From contig NC_043003.1 of NCBI RefSeq assembly GCF_006345805.1, positions 91,140,001 through 91,204,000 of the forward strand: a stretch of 64,000 nucleotides of DNA, written 5' to 3'. The position numbers were made by a program, and so were the translations under genes. Source of the DNA: Octopus sinensis (taxonomy: Eukaryota). Positions 13,344-27,412 of this stretch are shown here, piece after piece (positions within the stretch are counted from its first letter, which is position 1; every line of letters starts with the position of its first letter). The notes under the pieces are model-generated. The model saw only the letters and a program-made list of their open reading frames with translations, made no database searches and was not told where the DNA came from.

Positions 13344-13475
13344 ATAATTATAATGCTGTTTCTGGAGGCTTAGCAATTCATAATTATGTTTGTAGATTTA
13401 GTCCATCAGAAAATACAGTCATATCATAGCATTTAACATAATATGAGACGTGCCTCCATCTTCAAGGGAGATTAT
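13344..13475 (-). ncRNA. decayed hammerhead-like motif with long stem II loop
   Basis: Minus: ATAATCTCCC-TTGAAGA-TGGAGGC..(~85 nt)..GCCTCCA-GAAA-CAGC; 7-bp stem II; stems I and III degenerate. Confidence 0.35.
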
Positions 13476-14752
13476 TTACATTTCAGATCTTATGCACAAA
13501 AATTCGAAGAAGTTACATCTTTGAACTTCTCTGCATATATACATATGTATACATACATATATACCTACATATACAACATACATATACGCACATATACTAC
13601 ATACACACACACACTCACACATATGCATGCACACACACACACACATACAAATGAATGTACTCAGCTGATAAAAACTATTTTTTGTGCATGATGTAACACT
13701 TAGTCAATTACAGAAGATATCAGTGAAATATTGCATGAGGTCACTCCCCATTGTATGCCACCATCCCATGAAAATCAATTCTTAGTCTGATATTACTAAT
13801 CTCTGGTTTATGTTGTCCAGTAAACCACCTTGATAAAGAATACACACCTTTTTTTACATCTGAATTCAATATTCTATGCGAAATGTGGTAAAATATAGTA
13901 GCCAAATAGGCCCTAAATCACGCCCCACCCACCATTTTTTGTTTGTTTTTTTGGTTTTTGCATAATTGTATGAATTCTTGAGTGTAGAATACAAATTCGT
14001 AAAAATTTTCGAAAAATTCCAAAAAATAAATAAGTTACAAGGGGTTATATGCCATGCATAAAACAGAAATTGATTTATTTATAGTTTCATATTAAAACAT
14101 GTCAAGCACAAAATGACAGCTTCTAAATCCTGTTTTCTGACTGGGTGAAAATTACCAAACTTTAAACCTCCATAATTTCTTTTACAAATATTTCTGGAAA
14201 AAGTGAAATATCTCCTGAGATTCAGATGGGAAAACAACATTAATGTACCAAACTTTAAAATTTTCAAGACACTTTGAATTTTCGAAGATTGGCAGCTAAA
14301 CTGAAAAGATCCTTCAGTCAACACAAAGTATTTCTCTGACGCTAAACGATGATGATGAAATACTCAACTTTTCAACAAACTCATACCTTAACACTTAACT
14401 TGTTGAAATGATGGCTCTTGTCTGCCAACAAAATAAATATGTGTGCTTTTATGCACCGTGTGTCTATATAAAAAGTTCTCCCAAGGTAAATATTGCAGTA
14501 CGCCAACAGCTAACAAAACACCTGCGTCACGTTGGATATAAAGATTGCCTTATGGCTTCTGTCACTAATAATTAATCACAAAACGAAAGGACTAGAGTTT
14601 GCTCCCTTAGAGTACTTGCCTTAAGAAAATAGTGATTTTTTTCCAACTGAATGCTAACAAAATTAGTAGGATTCTTGTGATGTGTTTTAGGATGGGCTGA
14701 CTGATGCAACCCCATGTGGTATTATGTCTTAAAAATAAAAGTAAAATAATGA

Positions 14753-15470
14753 AATTATTGTATACAGTGCTCAGATGCACCACAACTTGTCAAAAGTGTG
14801 TATAAAGTATATGCAGTAATGTACAAATGTCTGGGAAGTGAACAGAGTATGAGACAGATACATGCTTGCATGTGTATGGAAGGGAGAAAATCAGGTGTAG
14901 TGCTAGTGAATCTCAGGAAGAATCGAAGGATGCAATGCTCCGACAACTAACAACTGATGCCGACAGTCTGTTCCATGCTTCAGCAACTCTTAGCGTGAAA
15001 AAATGTTTCCGAAAGTCATGGGAGCTGTGCTGTTTTCTGACTTTGTAAACATGTCCACGGGTGTTAGACAGGTGGAGTTTGAAAAGGTGCTCAGAGTTAT
15101 TGTTAGTAAGATGGTTGATAATTTTATGGGTGTCTGCCAAGTCAGTTGCCAGACGTCGGAGTTTCAATGTATCCATGCCCAGGGAAGTAAGGCGTTCAGA
15201 ATATGGCAAATGCCTGATAGAGGGTATTCTCTAGGTTGCACATCACTGAATGGTTTCCAGACAATTAATATCCTGGGTAAGATAGGGGTTCCAGACCGGT
15301 GATGCAAATTCCAGATGAGGCTGCACCATAGCTATATAAAGCCTCAGATAGATAGCTGGAGAGCGGCTCACAAAGGACTTGGTAAATGATGCCAAGACAC
15401 CCTCAGCGTTCTTGGCAATTTTAGCAATGTGTTTTGTCCAACGCAAATCCGCTGCCCAGGTCACGCTCAC
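14753..15470 (-). mobile_element. CR1/L2-type LINE 3' fragment
   Basis: LEFASPVWNPY..DINCLE, YSERL..L.LRR..DL, TRGH..K, FFTLRVAEAWNRL. Confidence 0.9.
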
Positions 15471-16519
15471 AAGAAGACGTTTTGAGAATAGTGTTGTGGA
15501 GGGAGTAAGTAGACGCTGATGGAGGAGATGACAAAGGACTGGGATCTCTGGTGATATGAGGTTCTCAAAAGAAGTTAGATTCTTTTATTCGTCTGTCACT
15601 GACTACAACTACTACTATGATAGAGAGGAAGGGGGAAGAAAAAGACAATAGCTTTAAGATAGGAAAATGGCAAAAGTATTAGTCATGAGATTAATTGTGT
15701 TATGACTGAGACAAGTCAAAGTATTCAAGGGGGCATAAAGAAATATGAAAATTAAGCATAGAGTATGATTAAGTTGTATAGAAATCAGATTGTGGAACAA
15801 AAGGAGTGTAATGTTTTGTAGTATTAAGGTGTGAACAATTATACCATGGCTCATGGGATGGTAGTGCATGGTTTGTAAGGCTGAATGCCAATCCTAACGC
15901 CATTCACTCAACAACATGGACTGGATGCTCTTTTCAGTGCTTACCTAAACTATTGAAGTCAACCTGCAACTCACAGAACTATAAACGTGGAGAGGGAAGG
16001 GGTCAGCTTCATGGTAGAGGATGGCATTGGCTTATGAATGTGTTCTTCTAGAAGGTCTGCATGGGTACTCAGATCTAGTAAGGGGTAAGGAGAGAGAAAA
16101 TGAACAGTATGAGTTGAAAGAGGTAGATAATGGCAATAAGGCACAAAGAAGAATCAGTTTGCAAGATTGAATGAGAAGGAGAATAAAGGGATGTGGAGGC
16201 AGAGTACTAAAAATGTTAGGGCTGAAGGGTAGACGAACAAGGAGGCATGAGTTAGAGGAAATAAAAGGATGCAAAAGAGAGTAACAGGGGGTGGAGGCAA
16301 TGCAAGTTGCAGGAGTGGTTAAGATCATACAGTTATTGGTGGTGGGGGAGACAAGAGATAAATATCATGGTAGGATAGTCTGCAATAACTGAGGAAGTGG
16401 AAAGGAAGAGGTAAAACCAATGCATAGGATATGAAGATTGAATCACTGTAATGTGGGTGGACAGCTCAATACATAGTATTTCCAGAACTCAGTTTCTATG
16501 ACAAGGATGAGTCATTGAG

Positions 16520-16790
16520 AACCTCATATCACCAGAGATCCCAGTCCTTTGTCATCTCCTCCATCAGGGCTCAGGGTTCTGAGGTCAGCCTTAGCTACTT
16601 CATCCCATGTTTTTCTAGGTCTTTCTCTTCTGTAAATTCCAGCTACATTTAGTAGTTGAAACTTCTCTAAACAGCTGTCTTCATCCATATATATCACATC
16701 CAATACCAACGCAGTCTTCTTTTTTGCACACAACATCCAATTCCTCTTATACCCCACCCTTTTTTTAGTCACCTGATCTGTTTTAGTAAT
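16520..16790 (-). mobile_element. decayed LINE 3' fragment (RTE-like)
   Basis: RERPRKTWDEVAKADLRTL, homologous to 10380-10460. Confidence 0.6.
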
Positions 16791-16839
16791 CCATTTTGAT
16801 TACTTATTTTTAGTTGACTGTATATACATTTTCTTGATT

Positions 16840-17680
16840 GGCTGTTCTTGCCTCCACCAAATTTGGAAGTGGTCTAACGATTGGGACCTGTGTCTGAACG
16901 TGTCAAAGTGCTGTCATCTGCCTGTCGGCTCTACTCCTGCAACTCAACTTGATTTCGAGCCGGGTCGTCTGCTGCTGGAGAGGACCGATCAGGTAAAGGA
17001 CCTGGGTATCTTGGTGGATTCCTCCTTTTCGCCTTCAGCCCAGTGCGTCCATGCTGCCAACAAAGCGCGCGGAATTCTGTTTTTGATTCGACGGTCATTC
17101 GGAATGCTCACAGCAGCCATATTCCTGCCACTCTATGTCACGCTGGTGAGACCCATATTGGAGTATGGGATTCAGGCCTCTTCTCCTTATCTCCTCAAAG
17201 ACATACAGCATCTCGAAAGAGTCCAGAGGCTGGCTACCCGCATGGTTCATGGTCTCAAAAATTTGTCCTACGAAGAAAGGCTGAGGACGCTCGACCTTTA
17301 TTCTCTTGAAAAACGCCGCCGCCGTGGTGATCTCATTCTCGCCCACAACATCATAAGCGGGAAGTGTAACCTCTCGAAAGAGCTGTTCTTCACTCCTGCT
17401 CTGGAGCGTCGGCTGCGGGGTCATTCCGAAAAGCTCTACCTGCGACGATTTCATCTCAATCGAAGGAGAGGAGCTTTCTCCGTCCGGGTTGCGGATCCGT
17501 GGAACAAGCTGCCAGACGAGATGGTGAAGATGCCGACGACCGCTTTGTTCAAAGCCTCCCTGGACCTCAAGTGGCCTGAACTCTTTACATGAACACCACC
17601 CTGTACTTAACTCCATGTCCCCCTACATGGCCTTGCTATTTGCTTTTGAGCCAAATTAACTAACTAACTAACTAACTAAC
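16840..17680 (+). mobile_element. CR1-clade LINE, 5'-truncated, uninterrupted RT C-terminus
   Basis: ORF 16834-17592: KDLGILVD, YVTLVRPILEYG, LERVQR.ATRMV.GL, LRGHSEKL, FSVRVADPWNKLP; (TAAC)n tail. Confidence 0.93.
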
Positions 17681-17981
17681 ATATATTTGTACTTTCATGT
17701 GCATATAACACCTTCTGTGTTTGTATATATATTCTTTTTATATGTTGAAGGCCATGGTAATATTTATATATGATTAAATATGGAAGTGTGGTGTTATATA
17801 AAGTTGTTGACTTGAATTTGATGTTTGTTCTCTAATCAATGTTTTTTTTTATCTCTGTCTCAATTTCGTTTGAGCACTTCTTTTTTGCCATCCTATAAAC
17901 CATTTTGTCTCCATAAAAAGAGACAATAATTATTTCTTGTTGTATGTAGGTATATATATATATATATATATATATAGATAG

Positions 17982-18054
<73 letters not shown>

Positions 18055-19059
18055 TGAGAGAAAGGAAGATGTATGTAGGTCTTCTGGTGCAGAAATGAAG
18101 CAGAGCTCTGTGAGAGTTTTAGTATAAGAGATTTCCAGTACAAGAGAAGGGATTTCTGGTATTCGTGGTAGAGGCAGGAACGGGTGGGTACAATGTGAAC
18201 AAGAAATGGCTAGCTTCAGCACAAGAAAATCGAAATATTATATATGTATATTATATTTGTATATATTACATGTATATTATATGTATATTATATATATTAC
18301 ATTCACATATATATTATGGGTATTATATATATATATATCGTTGCTATTATGTTAAACCAGTGTTTCCCAAACTTTTCACGCCAAATTGCAATATTGCCCA
18401 CCTATTGGCCCAAAAATGTTCCATCGCTCACCTGTGTAAAAAAAAAAAAAAAACTGACACAACCCCACCAACACAAAATCCCCTAGGAATCATTTGACAC
18501 ACTATATTGTAGACTCGTTTCCCTGTTAGTGCCGTTTGTAATAAATATGCAGTTGTTTACAAATCCCTTATTGTGGGTTTAGTTTTGCCATTAGTGTGAA
18601 TAAAATTCTAACGTTAACTCTGTATTATGCAGATAGATTAACTTCTGGAAACTTGTGATTTCATTTTCCCCAAATGAACCATTGATCAGAACTACGGATG
18701 CAAAAATAATTAATGATTGTATTATAAAGGAAAAGAATACAACTTTTTAATGAGAACCACATGTCTGGTGCAATTGCAGCTAGTGCAGATAGATTCGGTT
18801 TCAAACTTGTCAACTGCAGTATATATATCTATATGTATATACATATATACACACACACACGCACATATACACACATACATATGTTTATATGTACTGTGAT
18901 TAAAATGGCACCAAAAGGAAAGGAATTGTAAGAAGTTTTGAAGAAAATTATTTTTAAATTGCTCAAGAATTATTTAGGATACAAGTTAATTAGCAAAAGA
19001 ATTCATATTAGCATAAACATTATTGCCAATGTAATTTCTACATACAAAGCTACTGGATG

Positions 19060-19720
19060 GCTAAGCAAGAAACATTGTCTGGGTCATCCTTTTATTTTAA
19101 CTGCACATGATATTCACCACATCTAATGTTGCATGATGGACAACAGGCATCATGTGTCCGCTCATACAGCTCGCCGAAGCCTGAACCAATGTGGTCTTCA
19201 TAGGCGCATTCCTTGTAGGTAGCTTCTCCTCACTACGAGGCATAAATCAAGTCGTCTTTCTCTTGCCAAACCTATGTTAGGGGAAGGAGTGTTGGAATAA
19301 AATTATTTTTTCTGACAAGAATAAAATCAACTTATTTGGGCCAGATGGTATTAAACAAGTGTGGCAAAGACCAGGTGATGACAATAGCGAAAAATGGACC
19401 ATGCCTACTGTGAAACACCGCAGAAGTTTTATGCTTTGGGGATGCATGAGTGTCGCTGGTGTAGGAGGGGTCACATTTATTGAGAGAACAATGGATTCAA
19501 GGCTTTATTGGGATATATTGCAAAAAGCAATGTTGAAAAGCATCAAGGAAGACATTCTATGTTTCAACACGATAATGACTCTAAACACATTTCAAAGATG
19601 ACGACTAAGTTTTTATCAGATAAAAAGGTAAAGGTATTGCCTTGTCACCTGATTTAAACTTAAAAGAACATCTGTGGAGTGTTTTGAAAAGGAAAGTCGG
19701 AGAAAAAAAACCACAATGTA
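19060..19720 (+). mobile_element. Tc1-like transposase relic
   Basis: PTVKHRRSFMLWGCMSVAGVG..FIERTMDS..Y; FQHDND and SPDLN..EHLW-like remnants. Confidence 0.8.
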
Positions 19721-19727
19721 ACACAGT

Positions 19728-20420
19728 TGAAAGGCAGTGCTCCAGCATGGCAGCAGTCAAATGACTCAAACAAGTAAAAGAGTAAAAACAAGGTAAGGAG
19801 CTTGCTTCCCAACCACATGGTTCCGAGTTCAGTCCCACTGTGTGGTACCTTGGGCAAGTGTCTTCTACTATAGCCTCGGACTGGCCAAAGCCTTGTGAGT
19901 GGATTTGGTAGACAGAAACTGAAAGAAGCCCATTGTATATACATATATTCGTATATATTTGTGTGTCTATGTTTGTCCCCCCACCACCACTTGACAATCG
20001 ATGTTGGTGCATTAATGTCTCCACAGCTTTGTGGTTTGGCAAAAGAGACCAATAGAATAAGTATTAGGCTTACAAAGAATAAGTCCTGGGGTCAATTTGT
20101 TGAACTAAAGACAGTGCTCCAGCATGGCCACAGTCAAATGACTGAAACAAGTAAACAAGTAAAAGAATAAAAGTATATACATATATGTGGCACGTAAAAA
20201 GCACCATCCGAACGTGGCCGTTGCCAGCGCTGGCCCAACTGGCCTCGTGCCGGTGGCACATAAAAAGCACCCACTACACTCACGGAGTGGTTGGCGTTAG
20301 GAAGGGCATCCAGCCGTAGAAACATTGCCAGATCAGACTGGGCCTGGTGCAGCCTTCTGGCTTCCCAGACCCCAGTTGAACCATCCAACCCATGTTAGCA
20401 TGGAAAGCGGACGCTAAACC
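19728..20420 (+). mobile_element. SINE cluster (tail, near-full SINE, LINE-derived tail)
   Basis: Matches 57830-58227 and 11070-11250. Confidence 0.8.
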
Positions 20421-21138
20421 ATAAGGCAGCATTTCTATATAGTAGATGCGGATCTAGTTCTTTTCATTTATGCAAAATATGCATCTTTTAAAAGGAAGTA
20501 AAAAATCTGAAAATCAGCTATAATAATGTAGCCTTCCAGTCTCATTGCTTTGAAGGTATGATGTTGTGGAGAAAAAAGTTACAGAGGTTTAAAAATTGAA
20601 AAAAAACTTAGTATTTTTAGCCAATAGCAAGACAGAAATTTTCTGCATTTAGCGGAGCGGTGTCAACTTTAATTCTAAATAACATTAGATTCTTTCATTT
20701 ATGAGATAAAGTAATTGGTTGATTGTAATCAAAATTCAGAGTTGCATTGATATACCAAAGTTAAAAGCAATCTGAACAAAATTAAGGAGGCTCATTTTGC
20801 AAACGAGAAAGACTAGATCCATCAATGCTCCTTACTAGAAAACGTTTAAATTCATATGTAAAAGATTCGTGTATGCTAGAGCTACTAGATACAGCAGGCA
20901 AATCTGCCTCAAATAGGACTATACTGAAATCACTCTTTAATGCTTATTTTATGCATTTATGACCCAAGTAAAATCTCTAAATTTTACCTCAACCTACGAG
21001 GAATTGCAGCTAAATCTTTCTCAAACCACTTCCTACTCTGTGTAAATTTTAATCATGGCAGCAATAAATTTTTTTTTTAAAGAGATCTCATGCCTTTTTT
21101 GCTATTTTTTCTGATGAGCTGTAGAACACCTAAGTTCA

Positions 21139-22512
21139 TTATTACCTCGCCTTAGCGAAGGCGGAGGTATTGCTTTCAATCGTGTTTGTTTGTCCGTGGA
21201 CAAGATGTCTCAAGAACCGCAGGGTGGATTCGGATGAAACTTTCAGAGATATTTGGCCTTGTGACTGACACGAACTGATTCGATTTTGGGATCGATCCGG
21301 TACTGGACAAGGATTCTGGATTATTTTTCCTGCTTATTATTTTTTTTACTTAATTTTTGAGAGCAGTCCCGGGTTGGATCCTTTCTGTTTGATAGACAGA
21401 ATTTTCTAGTTAACTAAAAAATTTGAAACTTCGTATACTGGTAGAATGTGTCAAAAGAAAACATTATTGTAAACAAAATTGTAATTCGTAACTTAAACGT
21501 AGTTTAATTTTACGAATTTTAACCAATGAAATCCCAGCATTGCTGCGTTATCGATACTGATAAAGAAATATAGCAGACGCACGACACACACACACTCTCT
21601 CTCTCTCACTCTCTCTCAAACACATGCATATACATTTGCACAAGCACATAGTAATTAATATATAAGCGTACACACACATACAAACTGACATATACATACG
21701 CACACAAGCATACATACACGTTCGTGTTTTGCCACTTGCCGCAACAAATTTGCACAAAAGGTAAATAAACCAGAAGGGGTGGGGTCAATGTTTCATCGTT
21801 TCGGGGTCGATAAATTAAGTACCAATTACGCACTGGTATTGAGGATTTTTTTCCCAATTTATATCACAGCTTCCGACAAGCTGAGGGCATCCTTTTCTGA
21901 AAAAATATTTCGCAAATTTTTACAATACGACTCACACTCCACGCGCAAACTCGAGACCGATTTAGGCATATTATTGTTTTGTTTTTGTTGTTTCTGGCCC
22001 TTCAAAACCATGGGAGAAGCCTTTTCGGTAAAAAAAATAAATAAATATTCAAAAAATATCATTAATATTTTTATTGGGCGACGAAATTCATCGATTTAAG
22101 AGATATAGCTGTTATTTCTAGCACATGTAGAAGACAGAAGAAAGGACAAGGATGAATAAGACGTGTGCGTGTGAGTTTTTAGACGCAGTAAATAATTTGA
22201 GCTCGAATGCTGCGATTTCATTGGTTAAAATTCGTAAAATTAAACTACCTTTAAGTTCCGAATTACAATTTTGTTTACAATAATGTTTTCTTTTGACACA
22301 TTCTACCAGTATACGAAGTTTCAAATTTTTTAGTTAACTAGAAAATTCCGTCTATCAAACAGGAAAGATCCGGTTCATTTTTAGTATTCCCGTTTGTGAG
22401 AGCAATCGAGTTTATTTCAGATATCTTCATTTTAAAAATCATCTCCAGCTAATCGTTGAGAAGACGTTGGTGTTGCTTTGGCGAAGGATTGCACTCTCCG
22501 AGTGCTCTTGTT
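21139..22512 (+). mobile_element. Helentron/HINE (DINE-1-like) non-autonomous element, interrupted by a fold-back element
   Basis: 5' TTATTACCTCGCC..GGCGGAGGTA, (GTTT)n, 3' TTGGCGAAGG followed by stem-loop GCACTC-tcc-GAGTGC. Confidence 0.7.
21376..22371. mobile_element. fold-back DNA element with ~160-bp terminal inverted repeats (GGATC termini)
   Basis: 21376-~21535 is the inverted copy of ~22212-22371; whole element recurs inverted at 34244-35360. Confidence 0.85.
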
Positions 22513-24429
22513 AATATTTGATTTCACAACCAACAAAAGAAAATGAAAGCCAATGACATAAGCAAGATTTGAACTAAAGGGAAGTAAAGTATATGGTCTG
22601 TCACTAACAATGTTATTAATCCTCTTCCCTGAAATCAATTTGACTCTCTCTCTCCATGTGCGCATTTTCAACTACTAACGTGACTATACCTCAATGCAAT
22701 AATAAACATTTACATTTATTTACAGTTGGTTAATGGACATCGTATATGATTATAATTTTCTGAGAAGTATTTAAAAAATATGCAAGTATTCTGTCATTCT
22801 GTTTGACGACTTGAGACAAAAGACAATTATCTCGAACTGACTCGCATCATGTTGCTGTAGTCAAGTGCTAAATAGAATAACGCTAATGATTAACTTGCCA
22901 ATAGCTCTCCATTCGTAGCCACTTCGAAAACAAGTGCGTGTGTGTATTTAATTAGGTCTGCCCTGATGGAGTAACATTATATAATGAAATAAATTTCTAG
23001 CAGCGCCAATCCCGTTTTTAATAAGTTGTTGCATATTTTCCATAACGACGAAATAATAATCTGCGAAAGATTTAGCTGCCATTTCTTGCAGATCGCGTTC
23101 CTGTTGGTTTGTGTTTCTATCAGTAAGCATATAAACACAGTGACGGAAAGGTGTGGTTAGATTTTAGCATTCAACTATAATACATTGGGCTTTTGAAATG
23201 GAAATATGCAACAAGTACAACAAAATAGGACAGTATAATTTAAGCCATGAAGGACTTTTACGGTCAATATCGAGATTTACGCTTCATATTAATTAAGCAA
23301 AGTGCAAACCAACCATCCGTTGGTCAGTTTGTAGTTCAACTCACTTTGACAACAAAATTACAGTAAACTACAATGCATAAACAATGGAGAGAAATATTTC
23401 TGGTCGAGGGTTAGGTAAACAGGCCAAAAATTGGCTGCAGATTGTCTGACTATAGACCCAAGCATGTATCAATAGATCTATGTTGAACTATAAACAAAGC
23501 AGAAAACAAAATATGCGCCAAAAACTGGTGTAGAGTGTGTTACGGTTTTGTTTAGAGTAACCACATCAAGAACAAACATTTTAGAGATATTTACAAGCTA
23601 AACTAAGAAAAGCCACAGTACCTAATTTTGTTTGAAACGGGAAAACGGTCGAAAGAGGCGGTTTTTGAATGTTTACATTCCAGAGGCATTGAACTTAGTA
23701 ACGAAACGTGATTGAATAAGTGTTTTAACTGTATGTTGCTTATGTAATATTCGATCTGATCTTTAGAGCGATAAGTTTGCTTCATTGGTGATAGATTAGT
23801 TGATAAAATAGTCAACATTTATCCGTGTGCAAAACGAAAGTATTTAGTGAGTTACGAACATATTAAGTCGTATTTTTTTCTAATTGATTAACTCCTCCGG
23901 AATAGAGACTAAAAAGTAGCCTTTTAGATGTTTCGGACCGATTAAAAATAATGTAAAGAATATGTAGAATATGTAAAAATAATGCAAAATATATATAAAA
24001 CTACAGACCTCTTCTCGAGATGATTTTCTGCGTTCAACGAGTGTTGATGTAAAAAGTAAAGTGGAATTTCCACAGCAACTAAATATAATTGAGAGAAAGG
24101 GGAGGGGTAAAACGAAAGCAATTTAAGTGAAGAAGACAAAATATAACTTAGTAAAGTTATTTTCTTTCAATATAATATAATATTTTGTAATATGTAATAT
24201 TTTGTTATTAAAATTTGTATAATAAATTGGTCATACTTTTACAATACACAAAATATTAAAAATTTTTTAATGCTATTCCTAATAATATTTAATTATAAAA
24301 ATACAATAACAACTATCTATCTATCTATAAAAATTATAATTTTTAGTATGAGGTTACCGATAAAGGTTATTTTAACATACCGAACTACTTGGTAAAATTA
24401 TTAATTAATTAATTTTACCCTTTATTATT

Positions 24430-24495
<66 letters not shown>

Positions 24496-24497
24496 TA

Positions 24498-24731
24498 TAT
24501 CTATACAATATGTTACATTACTCGGTAGTCAAGATAAAACTCTGAGTTTCAGATGCCGAAGTGGAAATCCACAACACCATCTCTTCGGTTATCTGGCTAT
24601 TTGAAAACGTTATATATAACGTTTTCAAATAGCCAGATAACCGAAGAGATGGTGTTGTGGATTTCCACTTCGGCATCTGAAACTCAGAGTTTTATCTTGA
24701 CTACCGAGTAATGTAACATATTGTATAGATA
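24498..24731. repeat. perfect palindrome, 117-bp arms, no spacer, embedded in (TA)n
   Basis: Centre AAAACGTTATA|TATAACGTTTT; arms complementary throughout; right side continues as a tail to ~24797. Confidence 0.95.
24635..24697 (+). ncRNA. minimal type I hammerhead-like motif (mirror copy 24532-24594 on minus)
   Basis: AGATAA-CCGAAGA-GATG..CATC-T-GAAA-CTC.A.GAG-TT-TTATCT. Confidence 0.6.
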
Positions 24732-24819
24732 AATTTCCTCTATTTACATAATATTGAGGTCTCTTTCTTTCTTTTGTTATCTTACCGTTTTATCAATATA
24801 TAAATATATATATATATAT

Positions 24820-24883
<64 letters not shown>

Positions 24884-24906
24884 ATATATATATATAAATA
24901 TATATT

Positions 24907-24982
<76 letters not shown>

Positions 24983-25023
24983 CATATATATATAATATAT
25001 ATAATATATAAATATATATATAT

Positions 25024-25077
<54 letters not shown>

Positions 25078-25082
25078 AATAT

Positions 25083-25115
<33 letters not shown>

Positions 25116-26669
25116 CTATATATATATATATATATACATCGAATGATTATGTAGGTCCAGAATAAAATTTATCTATACGCAAAAAAATGGTTTAGAACCC
25201 TTAGCGGTTGGGTAAGGTGGGATTTCAGGTGATAATAAAAAGTGAATGCTTTTGTTTGGTAACTGATTTTAATTTTTTATCGATCTCGGAGGAAACAAAA
25301 CACAAAATCAACCTCGGCATAAAAGACTACAAACAGCTACAGGATCAAATATTTCATTAGTAAAAAAGGTAAATTTTGGAAACAGTGGGAGGGAGGAGGC
25401 AAAATGAGCTGTTTTTACTGCGTTCTTGACTTTGAGACAAAATATAACCTATTTTTCCACAAATGTTAACTACCTTACACAAACTATATCAGCTTAGCAA
25501 ATGATCTTTCATAAATGCATTAAAAGTATTATAACTGATCACTATTTCAGAAAATTATCGCCATTCTCTCTGAGCATATAAAAGGTAACCTTGGTTGGGG
25601 CAAAATGAGTTAGACAAGATAAAGTAAATTTGCCACTCAATTTGCCAGAAAACAAACTCATAGACATCAATATCTATCCCTAGACATCAGAAATGCAAAA
25701 ATAATAATAATAATACCTAGGTCAAATGAAAGAGGATCAGGGAAAATGGCACATAGTATGAAATTAACGAAACTCGACTAAATAAAAAAAAAAATCAACA
25801 TAAAATATTATCTATAGCTTCTTCATGATCTGCTGGAGTGTCCTCCATGCAGTTAAAGAGAAGAAATTATTGAAATGAGACATTACTCATTTTACCATAT
25901 TTTAGACATTTTTTTTGAAACTAGAAAATTATCAAAATAACGAAAAATAAGAAGTTACTCATTTTGCCCCACCCCTACCCACTTCTTTATTTAAACAGTT
26001 GAAGAACAATTTAGGTATGTAACTTCAAATGGTGCAAGTTATTTCGAAGTTAGACCCGGAAAATATTCACACATCCGCAAGAAATTTATAAATATAGTTA
26101 AATTATTATTTTTAGATTCGTTTATTTATTTATTTATTTATTTTTGTGCAGATGAGAAAAATTTGGAAAAATCTCAGCACAAATTTCGTTTTGTACAGGG
26201 AAAATAAGGGGTGAAAAGAATTGTAATGATAATCGTTGTCATTGGGACGTGGGGAGCGACGTTCCAAAATCATGTATTTTCATGGAGTTCAATTTTTTTT
26301 TTTTAAGAGTTTCCCCATTGAAGTGCATAGTACTTAGAAAGATAGAAAAATTGGGTTTTCCCCATGTGTATAAATAGTAAAACAGCATAGATAATGAGAG
26401 TGGGAGAAAGAGTTGCATAGAAGGAAGAAAGAAAAAGAAAACAAGCAAAAGAGAGGGAGAGAGTGGGATGGAAACGGAAGAGAGAAAAAGAAAACGTGCA
26501 AAAGAGAGAAGGAAGAAGAGAGAAATAGGAAGAGAGCGTGGGAGAGGAGAGGCAGAGTAAATGTGTTGCGTGAGAGTAGGCGTTTCTCCGTGAGAGTGTG
26601 TGTGTCAGAAGGAGACAGAGAGAGAGAAAGAAAGAGAGAGAGAGAGCGCGTGGAGGAATCTTTTTTTTT

Positions 26670-27412
26670 TCCTACTCTAAGCACAAGGCTCGGAATTTTG
26701 GGGGCGGGAGGCCAGTCGATTAGATCGAACAGTACGCAACTGGTACTTCATTTTTCGTCCCCGAAAGGCAAAGTCGACCTCGGTGGAATTTGAATTCAGA
26801 ACGCTAAGCATGCTAACGTTTCTTATTTCTTTATTGCCCACAAGGGGCTAAACATAGAGGGGACAATCAAGGACAGATAAAGGGATTAAGTCGATTACCT
26901 CGACCCAGTGCGTAACTGGTATTTGATTTATCGACCCGAAAGGATGAAAGGCAAAGTCGACCTCGGAGGAATTTGGCATCTTTTCGGTTTGAACGGCAGT
27001 CTTTTCTAGCGGTGTCATATGAAATTGTCACCCATAATTATGACCCTAGTATTGATCTATTGCATTTCAATCTGTTTTAGGGTTAGGGGTGGGGGAGGGT
27101 ATCTTTTTTCTTCACAAATGTAAATAAACCTAATCTGTTTCTTAAACGAGGGACATATTCATACGGCACAGAATGTTTTCACCTCAATAGACGCCATTGA
27201 TTGGTGAAATTGCAGAAATTGAAGAAAAAAGAACAACAAATATCTTACAAACCATAGAATTTTCTCAATAAAGCCAAGAGAAAATATATTTTATAAACAC
27301 ATTCCACCAGTATACGAAGTGTTTAGTTACGTGGAGATTATTTTTAAAGACTGCCGTTCAAACCGAAAAGATCCGGAATTTGTACTCAGAACGTAATGGC
27401 AGACGAAATACC
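26670..27412 (-). mobile_element. nested tRNA-derived SINE fragments (interrupted by MITE and LINE)
   Basis: Same core as 32554-32780 (GAGTTCAAATTCCGCCGAGGTCGACTTTGCC on minus). Confidence 0.8.
26976..27374. mobile_element. MITE with ~25-bp TIRs, 8-bp TSD and internal TTAGGG-like motif
   Basis: GCATCTTTTCGGTTTGAACGGCAGT..ACTGCCGTTCAAACCGAAAAGATCC; TSD GGAATTTG at 26968-26975 and 27375-27382. Confidence 0.9.
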
